Shown here one piece after another: positions 17,359 to 34,579 of a stretch of DNA of 64,000 nt. The notes under the pieces are model-generated. The model ran no database searches, was not told where the DNA came from, and saw only the letters and a list, made by a program, of their open reading frames with translations. The position numbers were made by a program, and so were the translations under genes. The stretch is from assembly GCF_009914755.1 (NCBI RefSeq), contig NC_060948.1, one strand, 5' to 3'. This stretch comes from the human T2T-CHM13v2.0 reference genome, Homo sapiens. Numbering within the stretch: position 1 is the first letter of the stretch; each line of letters begins with the position of its first letter.

Positions 17359-17650
17359 TTTTTTTTTAGACAGAATCTTGTCCTGTTGCACAGGGTGGGG
17401 TACAATGGCGCCATCTTTGCTCACTGCAACTTCTGCCTCACGGGTCCAAGCGATTGTCCTCCCTGAGCCTCCCAGGTAGCTGGGACTACACCACACTGGG
17501 ACTACACCAGCTGCCACCATGCCTAGCTAATTTTTTGGATTTTTAGTAGTGACAGCGTTTCACTGTATTGGCCAGGATGGTCTTGATCTCTTCACCTTGT
17601 GATCCCCTTGCCTTGGCCTCCAAATTTGCTGGGATTACAGGCCTGAGCCA
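17359..17650 (-). mobile_element. Alu in DYZ2 unit 8 (A-type Alu, B-type downstream)
   Basis: Copy of 420-711. Confidence 0.92.
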
Positions 17651-19778
17651 AGATCCATATTTTTTAAATGAAAAAAAATTTCAAAGGTACTCTGCTTGGT
17701 ACAATAATCAAATGTATAAACTGAGGAATAAAACATAACCATGAAACCTACTTATAACTGCATATGGAAAATACAGAGGATAATTTTTTAAATAACATAT
17801 TTTGAAAGCCTTAACTAGTAATTTGAAGAGTTGGCATTTGAAAGGCCAGTATGAATATACCTTCAAAGCAGCAACACAGGTTCCCCATGAGAAAAAGCAA
17901 ACTCAGGGAAAATAAAACCACAAAGGTTCAATCTCTTCTGACCTTTGAAAGACACAGCACAGACAGTGGTCCTTAGGACGAAGAGCAGGTGACCCCTAAT
18001 TCCGTCACCATGGCGATAAGGCATAAACATTTCTGGGTGAGGGCACAATCCACATTGTGAGGTCCAACTGCTGCCAGGAAGACAGGAGTGCTTTTACATA
18101 GACCGAAAGGTCATTGAAGGCTCAGAGTTTTGTTTCAAGAACTGAATCCCAAGCCCACACGTTATTAGGCTGCGCTTCTTAAAACAAGTTATGAGATGGG
18201 AAAAAGGGCACCCACAAACATACGTATACATTATGTATATAATAATATACAGTATCATATATAAAATATGTATAACCTATGTATAATATTGTTTTACATC
18301 CTGCATCTTATATTATATATATTGTATAAAATATAATAATTGATAATATATAAGATTTATATTTATACAATATGACATATAGTATATATTATAATTTATG
18401 ACATATATAATATATGTCACATATCATATATAGAATATATTATACGGTTAATATACGTATTAAATATAAATTATACATTATATATATTATATAAAATATA
18501 TCTGTTACATATAATACCCATTATGCATAATATATATATTATGTCTATGTTATATATAGTATAAAACAACATATAATAATATATAATTGTATATATAAAA
18601 TGCGACATATAATATATATTATATTTTATGACATATGTAATATGTATTATATATTATATATAGTACGTTGTATGTATAATACCTATATTAAATATATATT
18701 ATATGACTATGTTATTAATTACATGTCACATATGTTATATATTATATATTTTACATAGAATATACCGGTTACATACAATATATACTATGTTACCTATAAT
18801 GTATAATTGATTACATGTAAAATAAAGAATGCAATATATTATGTATAATTTATAATATACAATATGTGGAATGCGATATATATAACATATAATATATGAT
18901 ATATGATATACAGTATATGATATATAACATACAATATATGATACCTAATATATATGGTATACAATATATATTTTATGATATGTATTCTATATGTTTTATA
19001 TTCTGTTATATATAACTATTTGAAATTATATATAACTGTATAATATTTTATGTAAATATGTAATATAATATATATAACCATATAATATATTATATATAAC
19101 TATATATTATGTTATATATACTTTTATAACATAATTTACATAAAATGTCATAATATAATATATATTATATTATTTCACATTACATAATATATATTACATA
19201 TCACCCAATATAAGTAACATACATAATGTTATAATATAGATTATATTATGTTATATTAAATATCATATATATCATGTATCATATATTCTATAATATATAT
19301 TACACATTATATAATATGTATGTTGTCTATTATGTGATATATATAACTATATATATAATTATATTTTTATACATATAACTAGATAAACATGTAATTCTAC
19401 ATATTTTCATTTATAATATATAGAATTATATAATCATATATAATTATTTATATTCTATAAAAAATTATATCATTATATAAATTATAATATAAAAAAATTA
19501 TAATATGTACTACAAATATATATATTATATATCATATATGATATAGTACCTTTGTTATATATCATAATACATATAAATGTGTATTATGTTATCTATAATT
19601 ATATAATTTCATATATAAGATGTATAATATGTATTATATATTGTATATGTTATGTAATATATATAGTATATATAAGCTGACACAGGATAAATATTATATA
19701 CTATGACATATATAATATATGAGGTTATATGTTACATATAAGGCATAGCACATAACATGTAATATATATCATATATAA

Positions 19779-20070
<292 letters not shown>

Positions 20071-22182
20071 AGATCCATATTTTTTAAATGAAAAAAAATT
20101 TCAAAGGTACTCTGCTTGGTACAATAATCAAATGTATAAACTGAGGAATAAAACATAACCATGAAACCTACTTATAACTGCATATGGAAAATACAGAGGA
20201 TAATTTTTTAAATAACATATTTTGAAAGCCTTAACTAGTAATTTGAAGAGTTGGCATTTGAAAGGGCAGTATGAATATACCTTCAAAGCAGCAACACAGG
20301 TTCCCCATGAGAAACAGCAAACTCAGGGAAAATAAAACCACAAAGGTTCAAGCTCTTCTGACCTTTGAAAGACACAGCACAGACAGTGGTCCTTAGGACG
20401 AAGAGCAGGAGACCCCTAATTCCGTCACCATGGCGATAGGGCATAAACATTTCTGGGTGAGGGCACAATCCACATTGTGAGGTCCAACTGCTGCCAGGAA
20501 GACAGGAGTGCTTTTACATAGACCGAAAGTTCATTGAAGGCTCAGAGTTTTGTTTCAAGAACTGAATCCCAAGCCCACACGTTATTAGGCTGCGCTTCTT
20601 AAAACAAGTTATGAGATAGGAAAAAGGGCACCCACAAACATACGTATACATTATGTATATAATAATATACAGTATCATATATATAATATATATAACCTAT
20701 GTATAATATTGTTTTACATCCTGCATCTTATATTATATATATTGTCTAAAATATAATAATTGATAATATATAAGTTTTCTATTTATACAATATGACATAT
20801 AGTATATATTATAATTTATGACATATATAATATATGTTATATATCATATATAGAATATATTATACTTTTAATATACGTATTAAATATAAATTATACATTA
20901 TATATATTATATATAATATATCTGTTATATATAATTCCCATTATGCATAATATGTATATTATGTCTATGTTATATATAGTATAAAACAACATATAATAAT
21001 ATATAATTGTATATATAAAATGCGACATATAATATATATTATATTTTATGACATATGTAATATATATTATATATTATATATAATACGCTGTACGTATAAT
21101 ACCTATATTAAATATATATTATATGACTATGTTATTAATTACATGTCACATGTGTTATATATTATATATTTTACATAGAATATACCGGTTACATACAATA
21201 TATACTATGTTACCTATAATGTATAATTGATTACATGTAAAATAAAGAATGCAATATATTATGTATAATTTATAATATACAATATGTGGAATGTGATATA
21301 TATAACATATAATATATGATATATGATATACAGTATATGATATATAACATACAATATATGATACCTAGTATATATGGTATACAATATATATTTTATGATA
21401 TGTATTCTATATGTTTTATATTCTGTTATATATAACTATTTGAAATTATATATAAATGTATAATATTTTATGTAAATATGTAATATAATATATATAACTA
21501 TATAATATATTATATATAACTATATATTTTGTTATATATACTTTTATAACATAATTTACATAAAATGTCATAATATAATATATATTATATTATTCCACAT
21601 TACATAATATATATTACATATCACCCAATATAAGTAACATAGATAATATTATAATATAGATTATATTATGTTATATTAAATATCATATATATCATGTATC
21701 ATATATTCTATAATATATATTACACATTATATAATATGTATGTTGTCTATTATGTGATATATATAACTATATATATAATTATATTATTATACATATAACT
21801 AGATAAACATGTAATTCTACATATTTTCATTTATAATATATAGAATTATATAATCATATATAATTATTTATATTCTATAAAAAATTATATCATTATATAA
21901 ATTATAATATAAAAAAATTATAATATGTACTACAAATATATATATTATATATCATATATGATATAGTACCTTTGTTATATATCATAATACATATAAATGT
22001 GTATTATGTTATCTATAATTATATAATTTCATATATAAGATGTATAATATGTATTATATATTGTATATGTTATGTAATGTATATAGTATATATAAGCTGA
22101 CACAGGATAAATATTATATACTATGACATATAAAATATATGAGGTTATATGTTACATATAAGGCATAGCACATAACATGTAA

Positions 22183-22489
<307 letters not shown>

Positions 22490-24587
22490 AGATCCATATT
22501 TTTTAAATGAAAAAAAATTTCAAAGGTACTCTGCTTGGTACAATAATCAAATGTATAAACTGAGGAATAAAACATAACCATGAAACCTACTTATAACTGC
22601 ATATGGAAAATACAGAGGATAATTTCTTAAATAACATATTTTGAAAGCCTTAACTAGTAATTTGAAGAGTTGGCATTTGTAAGGCCAGTATGAATATACC
22701 TTCAAAGCAGCAACACATGTTCCCCATGAGAAAAAGCAAACTCAGGGAAAATAAAACCACAAAGGTTCAATCTCTTCTGACCTTTGAAAGACACAGCACA
22801 GACAGTGGTCCTTAGGACGAAGAGCAGGAGACCCCTAATTCCGTCACCATGGCGATAGGGCATAAACATTGCTGGGTGAGGGTACAATCCACATTGTGAG
22901 GTCCAACTGCTGCCAGGAAGACAGGAGTGCTTTTACATAGACCGAAAGGTCATTGAAGGCTCAGAGTTTTGTTTCAAGAACTGAATCCCAAGCCCACACG
23001 TTATTAGGCTGCGCTTCTTAAAACAAGTTATGAGATGGGAAAAAGGGCACCCACAAACATACGTATACATTATGTATATAATAATATACAGTATCATATA
23101 TAAAATATGTATAACATATGTATAATATTGTTTTACATCCTGCATCTTATATTATATATATTGTATAAAATATAATAATTGATAATATATAAGTTTTATA
23201 TTTATACAATATGACATATAGTATATATTATAATTTATGACATATATAATATATGTTACATATCATATATAGAATATATTATACGGTTAATATACGTATT
23301 AAATATAAATTATACATTATATATATTATATAAAATATATCTGTTATATATAATACCCATTATGCATAATATATATATTATGTCTATGTTATATATAGTA
23401 TAAAACAACATATAATAATATATAATTGTATATATAAAATGCGACATATAATATATATTATATTTTATGACATATGTAATATGTATTATATATTATATAT
23501 AATACGTTGTATGTATAATACCTATATTAAATATATATTATATGACTATGTTATTAATTACATGTCACATATGTTATATATTATATATTTTACATAGAAT
23601 ATACCGGTTACATGCAATATATACTATGTTACCTATAATGTATAATTGATTACATGTAAAATAAAGAATGCAATATATTATGTATAATTTATAATATACA
23701 ATATGTGGAATGTGATATATATAACATATAATATATGATATATGATATACAGTATATGATATATAACATACAATATATGATACCTAATATATATGGTATA
23801 CAATATATATTTTATGATATGTATTCTATATGTTTTATATTCTGTTATATATAACTATTTGAAATTATATATAACTGTATAATATTTTATGCAAATATGT
23901 AATATAATATATATAACTATATAATATATTATATATAACAATATATTATGTTATATATACTTTTATAACATAATTTACATTAAATATCATAATATAATAT
24001 ATATTATATTATTTCACATTACATAATATATATTACATATCACCCAATATAAGTAACGTAGATAATATTATAATATAGATTATATTATGTTATATTAAAT
24101 ATCATATATATCATGTATCATATATTCTATAATATATATTACACATTATATAATATGTATGTTGTCTATTATGTGATATATATAACTATATATATAATTA
24201 TATTATTATACATATAACTAGATAAACATGTAATTCTACATATTTTCATTTATAATATATAGAATTATATAATCATATATAATTATTTATATTCTATAAA
24301 AAATTATATCATTATATAAATTATAATATAAAAAAATTATAATATGTACTACAAATATATATATTATATATCATATATGATATAGTACCTTTGTTATATA
24401 TCATAGTACATATAAATGTGTATTATGTTATCTATAAGTATATAATTTCATATATAAGATATATAATATGTATTATATATTGTATATGTTATGTAATATA
24501 TATAGTATATATAAGCTGACACAGGATAAATATTATATACTATGACATATAAAATATATGAGGTTATATGTTACATATAAGGCATAG

Positions 24588-24908
<321 letters not shown>

Positions 24909-27006
24909 AGATCCATATTTTTTAAATGAAAAAAAATTTCAAAGGTACTCTGCTTGGTACAATAATCAAATGTATAAACTGAGGAATAAAACATAACCAT
25001 GAAACCTACTTATAACTGCATATGGAAAATACAGAGGATAATTTTTTAAATAACATATTTTGAAAGCCTTAACTAGTAATTTGAAGAGTTGGCATTTGAA
25101 AGGCCAGTATGAATATACCTTCAAAGCAGCAACACAGGTTCCCCATGAGAAACAGCAAACTCAGGGAAAATAAAACCACAAAGGTTCAATCTCTTCTCAC
25201 CTTTGAAAGACACAGCACAGACAGTGGTCCTTAGGACGAAGAGCAGGAGACCCCTAATTCCGTCACCATGGCGATAGGGCATAAACATTGCTGGGTGAGG
25301 GCACAATCCACATTGTGAGGTCCAACTGCTGCCAGGAAGACAGGAGTGCTTTTACATAGACCGAAAGGTCATTGAAGGCTCAGAGTTTTGTTTCAAGAAC
25401 TGAATCCCAAGCCCACACGTTATTAGGCTGCGCTTCTTAAAACAAGTTATGAGATGGGAAAAAGGGCACCCACAAACATACGTATACATTATGTATATAA
25501 TAATATACAGTATCATATATATAATATATATAACCTATGTATAATATTGTTTTACATCCTGCATCTTATATTATATATATTGTCTTAAATATAATAATTG
25601 ATAATATATAAGTTTTATATTTATACCATATGACATATAGTATATATTATAATTTATGACATATATAATATATGTTATATATCATATATAGAATATATTA
25701 TACGGTTAATATACGTATTAAATATAAATTATACATTATATATATTATATATAATATATCTGTTATATATAATACCCATTATGCATAATATGTATATTAT
25801 GTCTATGTTATATATAGTATAAAACAACATATAATAATATATAATTGTATATATAAAATGTGACATATAATATATATTATATTTTATGACATATGTAATA
25901 TATATTATATATTATATATAATACGCTGTACGTATAATACCTATATTAAATATATATTATATGACTATGTTATTAATTACATGTCACATGTGTTATATAT
26001 TATATATTTTACATAGAATATACCGGTTACATAAAATATATACTATGTTACCTATAATGTATAATTGATTACATGTAAAATAAAGAATGCAATATATTAT
26101 GTATAATTTATAATATACAATATGTGGAATGTGATATATATAACATATAATATATGATATATGATATACAGTATATGATATATAACATACAATATATGAT
26201 ACCTAGTATATATGGTATACAATATATATTTTATGATATGTATTCTATATGTTTTATATTCTGTTATATATAACTATTTGAAATTATATATAACTGTATA
26301 ATATTTTATGTAAATATGTAATATAATATATATAACTATATAATATATTATATATAACTATATATTTTGTTATATATACTTTTATAACATAATTTACATA
26401 AAATGTCATAATATAATATATATTATATTATTCCACATTACATAATATATATTACATATCACCCAATATAAGTAACATAGATAATATTATAATATAGATT
26501 ATATTATGTTATATTAAATATCATATATATCATGTATCATATATTCTATAATATATATTACACATTATATAATATGTATGTTGTCTATTATGTGATATAT
26601 ATAACTATATATATAATTATATTATTATACATATAACTAGATAAACATGTAATTCTACATATTTTCATTTCTAATATATAGAATTATATAATCATATATA
26701 ATTATTTATATTCTATAAAAAATTATATCATTATATAAATTATAATATAAAAAAATTATAATATGTACTACAAATATATATATTATATATCATATATGAT
26801 ATAGTACCTTTGTTATATATCATAATACATATAAATGTGTATTATGTTATCTATAATTATATAATTTCATATATAAGATGTATAATATGTATTATATATT
26901 GTATATGTTATGTAATGTATATAGTATATATAAGCTGACACAGGATAAATATTATATACTATGACATATAAAATATATGAGGTTATATGTTACATATAAG
27001 GCATAG

Positions 27007-27327
<321 letters not shown>

Positions 27328-29432
27328 AGATCCATATTTTTTAAATGAAAAAAAATTTCAAAGGTACTCTGCTTGGTACAATAATCAAATGTATAAACTG
27401 AGGAATAAAACATAACCATGAAACCTACTTATAACTGCATATGGAAAATACAGAGGATAATTTTTTAAATAACATATTTTGAAAGCCTTAACTAGTAATT
27501 TGAAGAGTTGGCATTTGAAAGGTCAGTATGAATATACCTTCAAAGCAGCAACACAGGTTCCCCATGAGAAACAGCAAACTCAGGGAAAATAAAACCACAA
27601 AGGTTCAATCTCTTCTGACCTTTGAAAGACACAGCACAGACAGTGGTCCTTAGGACGAAGAGCAGGAGACCCCTAATTCCGTCACCATGGCGATAGGGCA
27701 TAAACATTGCTGGGTGAGGGCACAATCCACATTGTGAGGTCCAACTGCTGCCAGGAAGACAGGAGTGCTTTTACATGGACCGAAAGGTCATTGAAGGCTC
27801 AGAGTTTTGTTTCAAGAACTGAATCCCAAGCCCACACGTTATTAGGCTGCGCTTCTTAAAACAAGTTATGAGATGGGAAAAAGGGCACCCACAAACATAC
27901 GTATACATTATGTATATAATAATATACAGTATCATATATATAATATATATAACCTATGTATAATATTGTTTTACATCCTGCATCTTATATTATATATATT
28001 GTCTGAAATATAATAATTGATAATATATAAGTTTTATATTTATACAATATGACATATAGTATATATTATAATTTATGACATATATAATATATGTTATATA
28101 TCATATATAGAATATATTATACGGTTAATATACGTATTAAATATAAATTATACATTATATATATTATATATAATATATCTGTTATATATAATACCCATTA
28201 TGCATAATGTGTATATTATGTCTATGTTATATATAGTATAAAACAACATATAATAATATATAATTGTATATATAAAATGCGACATATAATATATATTATA
28301 TTTTATGACATATGTAATATATATTATATATTATATATAATACGTTGTACGTATAATACCTATATTAAATATATATTATATGACTATGTTATTAATTACA
28401 TGTCACATGTGTTATATATTATATATTTTACATAGAATATACCGGTTACATACAATATAAACTATGTTACCTATAATGTATAATTGATTACATGTAAAAT
28501 AAAGAATGCAATATATTATGTATAATTTATAATATACAATATGTGGAATGTGATATATATAACATATAATATATGATATATGATATACAGTATATGATAT
28601 ATAACATACAATATATGATACCTAGTATATATGGTATACAATATATATTTTATGATATGTATTCTATATGTTTTATATTCTGTTATATATAACTATTTGA
28701 AATTATATATAACTGTATAATATTTTATGTAAATATGTAATATAATATATATAACTATATAATATATTATATATAAGTATATATTATGTTATATATACTT
28801 TTATAACATAATTTACATAAAATATCATAACATAATATATATTATATTATTTCATATTACATAATATATATTACATATCACCCAATATAACTAACATACA
28901 TAATATTATAATATAGATTATATTATGTTATATTAAATATCATATATATCATGTATCATATATTCTATAATATATATTACACATTATATAATATGTATGT
29001 TGTCTATTATGTGATATATATAACTCTATATATAATTTTATTTTTATACATATAACTAGATAAACATGTAATTCTACATATTTTCATTTATAATATGTAG
29101 AATTATATAATCATATATAATTATTTATATTCTATAAAAAATTTTATCATTATATAAATTATAATATATAAAAATTATAATATGTACTACAAATATATAT
29201 ATTATATATCATATATGATATAGTACCTTTGTTATATATCATAATACATATAAATGTGTATTATGTTATCTATAATTATATAATTTCATATATAAGATGT
29301 ATAATATGTATCATATATTATATATGTTATGTAATATACATAGTATATATAAGACGACACAGGATAAATATTATATACTATGACATATAAAATATATCAG
29401 GTTATATGTTACATATAAGGCATAGCACATAA

Positions 29433-29747
<315 letters not shown>

Positions 29748-31875
29748 AGATCCATATTTTTTAAATGAAAAAAAATTTCAAAGGTACTCTGCTTGGTACA
29801 ATAATCAAATGTATAAACTGAGGAATAAAACATAACCATGAAACCTACTTATAACTGCATATGGAAAATACAGAGGATAATTTTTTAAATAACATATTTT
29901 GAAAGCCTTAACTAGTAATTTGAAGAGCTGGCATTTGAAAGGCCAGTATGAATATACCTTCAAAGCAGCAACACAGGTTCCCCATGAGAAAAAGCAAACA
30001 CAGGGAAAATAAAAACACAAAGGTTCAATCTCTTCTGACCTTTGAAAGACACAGCACAGACAGTGGTCCTTAGGACGAAGAGCAGGAGACCCCTAATTCC
30101 GTCACCATGGCGATAGGGCATAAACATTGCTGGGTGAGGGCACAATCCACATTGTGAGGTCCAACTGCTGCCAGGAAGACAGGAGTGCTTTTACATAGAC
30201 CGAAAGGTCATTGAAGGCTCAGAGTTTTGTTTCAAGAACTGAATCCCAAGCCCACACGTTATTAGGCTGCGCTTCTTTAAACAAGTTATGAGATGGGAAA
30301 AAGGGCACCCACAAACATACGTATACATTATGTATATAATAATATACAGTATCATATATATAATATATATAACCTATGTATAATATTGTTTTACATCCTG
30401 CATCTTATGTTATATATATTGTATAAAATATAATAATTGATAATATATAAGTTTTATATTTATACAATATGACATATAGTATATATTATAATTTATGACA
30501 TATATAATATATGTTATATATCATATATAGAATATATTATACGGTTAATATACGTACTAAATATAAATTATACATTATATATATTATATATAATATATCT
30601 GTTATATATAATACCCATTATGCATAATATATATATTATGTCTATGTTATATATAGTATAAAACAACATATAATAATATATAATTGTATATATAAAATGC
30701 GACATATAATATATATTATATTTTATAACATATGTAATATATATTATATATTATATATAATACGTTGTATGTATAATACCTATATTAAATATATATTATA
30801 TGACTATGTTATTAATTACATGTCACATGTGTTATATATTATATATTTTACATAGAATATACCGGTTACATACAATATATACTATGTTACCTATAATGTA
30901 TAATTTATTACATGTAAAATAAAGAATGCAATATATTATGTATAATTTATAATATACAATATGTGGAATGTGATATATGTAACATATAATATATGATATA
31001 TGATATACAGTATATGATATATAACATCCAATATATGATTCCTAATATACATGGTATACAATATATATTTTATGATATGTATTCTATATGTTTTATATTC
31101 TGTTATATATAACTATTTGAAATTATATATAACTGCATAATATTTTATGTAAATATGTAATATAATATATATAACTATATAATATATTATATATAACTAT
31201 ATATTATGTTATATATACTTTTATAACATAATTTACATAAAATATCATAACATAATATATATTATATTATTTCATATTACATAATATATATTACATATCA
31301 CCCAATATAACTAACATACATAATATTATAATATAGATTATATTATGTTATATTAAATATCATATATATCATGTATCATATATTCTATAATATATATTAC
31401 ACATTATATAATATGTATGTTGTCTATTATGTGATATATATAACTATATATATAATTATATTTTTATACATATAACTAGATAAACATGTAATTCTACATA
31501 TTTTCATTTATAATATGTAGAATTATATAATCATATATAATTATTTATATTCTATAAAAAATTTTATCATTATATAAATTATAATATATAAAAATTATAA
31601 TATGTACTACAAATATATATATTATATATCATATATGCTATAGTACCTTTGTTATATATCATAATACATATAAATGTGTATTATGTTATCTATAATTATA
31701 TAATTTCATATATAAGTTGTATAATATGTATCATATATTATATATGTTATGTAATATATATAGTATATATAAGATGACACAGGATAAATATTATATACTA
31801 TGACATATAAAATATATGAGGTTATATGTTACATATAAGGCATAGCACATAATATGTAATATATACCATATATAA

Positions 31876-32167
31876 TTTTTTTTTAGACAGAATCTTGTCC
31901 TGTTGCACAGGGTGGGGTACAATGGCGCCATCTTTGCTCACTGCAACTTCTGCCTCACGGGTCCAAGCGATTGTCCTCCCTCAGCCTCCCAGGTAGCTGG
32001 GACTACACCACACTGGGACTACACCAGCTGCCACCATGCCTAGCTAATTTTTTGGATTTTTAGTAGTGACAGCGTTTCACTGTATTGGCCAGGATGGTCT
32101 TGATCTCTTCACCTTGTGATCCCCTTGCCTTGGCCTCCAAATTTGCTGGGATTACAGGCCTGAGCCA
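31876..32167 (-). mobile_element. Alu in DYZ2 unit 14 (A)
   Basis: Copy of 420-711. Confidence 0.92.
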
Positions 32168-34287
32168 AGATCCATATTTTTTAAATGAAAAAAATTTCAA
32201 AGGTACTCTGCTTGGTACAATAATCAAATGTATAAACTGAGGAATAAAACATAACCATGAAACCTACTTATAACTGCATATGGAAAATACAGAGGATAAT
32301 TTTTTAAATAACATATTTTGAAAGCCTTAACTAGTAATTTGAAGAGTTGGCATTTGAAAGGCCAGTATGAATATACCTTCAAAGCAGCAACACAGGTTCC
32401 CCATGAGAAAAAGCAAACACAGGGAAAATAAAAACACAAAGGTTCAATCTCTTCTGACCTTTGAAAGACACAGCACAGACAGTGGTCCTTAGGACGAAGA
32501 GCAGGAGACCCCTAATTCCATCACCATGGCGATAGGGCATAAACATTGCTGGGTGAGGGCACAATCCACATTGTGAGGTCCAACTGCTGCCAGGAAGACA
32601 GGAGTGCTTTTACATAGACCGAAAGGTCATTGAAGGCTCAGAGTTTTGTTTCAAGAACTGAATCCCAAGCCCACACGTTATTAGGCTGCGCTTCTTAAAA
32701 CAAGTTATGAGATGGGAAAAAGGGCACCCACAAACATACGTATACATTATGTATATAATAATATACAGTGTCATATATATAATATATATAACCTATGTAT
32801 AATATTGTTTTACATCCTGCATCTTATGTTATATATATTGTATAAAATATAATAATTGATAATATATAAGTTTTATATTTATACAATATGACATATAGTA
32901 TATATTATAATTTATGACATATATAATATATGTTATATATCATATATAGAATATATTATACGGTTAATATACGTATTAAATATAAATTATACATTATATA
33001 TATTATATATAATATATCTGTTATATATAATACCCATTATGCATAATATATATATTATGTCTATGTTATATATAGTATAAAACAACATATAATAATATAT
33101 AATTGTATATATAAAATGCGACATATAATATATATTATATTTTATAACATATGTAATATATATTATATATAATACGTTGTATGTATAATACCTATATTAA
33201 ATATATATTATATGACTATGTTATTAATTACATGTCACATGTGTTATATATTATATATTTTACATAGAATATACCGGTTACATACAATATATACTATGTT
33301 ACCTATAATGTATAATATATTACATGTAAGAAAAAGAATGCAATATATTATGTAAAATTAATAATATACCATATGTGGAATGTGATATATATAACATATA
33401 ATATATGATATATGATATACAGTATATGATATATAACATACAATATATGACTCCTAATATATATGGTATACAATATATATTTTATGATATGTATTCTATA
33501 TGTTTTATATTCTGTTATATATAACTATTTGAAATTATATATAACTGTATAATATTTTATGTAAATATGAAATATAATATATATAACTATATAATATATT
33601 ATATATAACTATATATTATGTTATATATACTTTTATAACATAATTTACATAAAATATCATAATATAATATATATTATATTATTTCATATTACATAATATA
33701 TATTACATATCACCCAATATAACTAACATACATAATATTATAATATAGATTATATTGTGTTATATTAAATATCATATATATCATGTATCATATATTCTAT
33801 AATATATATTACACATTATATATTATGTATGTTGTCTATTATGTGATATATATAACTATATATATAATTATATTTTTATACATATAACTAGATAAACATG
33901 TAATTCTACATATTTTCATTTATAATATGTAGAATTATATAATCATATATAATTATTTATATTCTATAAAAAATTTTATCATTATATAAATTATAATATA
34001 TAAAAATTATAATATGTACTACAAATATATATATTATATATCATATATGCAATAGTACCTTTGTTATATATCATAATACATATAAATGTGTATTATGTTA
34101 TCTATAATTATATAATTTCATATATAAGTTGTATAATATGTATCATATATTATATATGTTACGTAATATATATAGTATATATAAGATGACACAGGATAAA
34201 TATTATATACTATGACATATAAAATATATGAGGTTATATGTTACATATAAGGCATAGCACATAACATGTAATATATATCATATATAA

Positions 34288-34579
34288 TTTTTTTTTAGAC
34301 AGAATCTTGTCCTGTTGCACAGGGTGGGGTACAATGGCGCCATCTTTGCTCACTGCAACTTCTGCCTCACGGTTCCAAGCGATTGTCCTCCCTCAGCCTC
34401 CCAGGTAGCTGGGACTACACCACACTGGGACTACACCAGCTGCCACCATGCCTAGCTAATTTTTTGGATTTTTAGTAGTGACAGCGTTTCACTGTATTGG
34501 CCAGGATGGTCTTGATATCTTCACCTTGTGATCCCCTTGCCTTGGCCTCCAAATTTGCTGGGATTACAGGCCTGAGCCA
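34288..34579 (-). mobile_element. Alu in DYZ2 unit 15 (A)
   Basis: Copy of 420-711. Confidence 0.92.

Noticed and set aside
17305-17520. 71-aa [11 protein letters not shown]...
   Set aside because: It is a sense-strand Alu translation ([11 protein letters not shown] is typical Alu-derived peptide), opened by a private variant that removes a stop.
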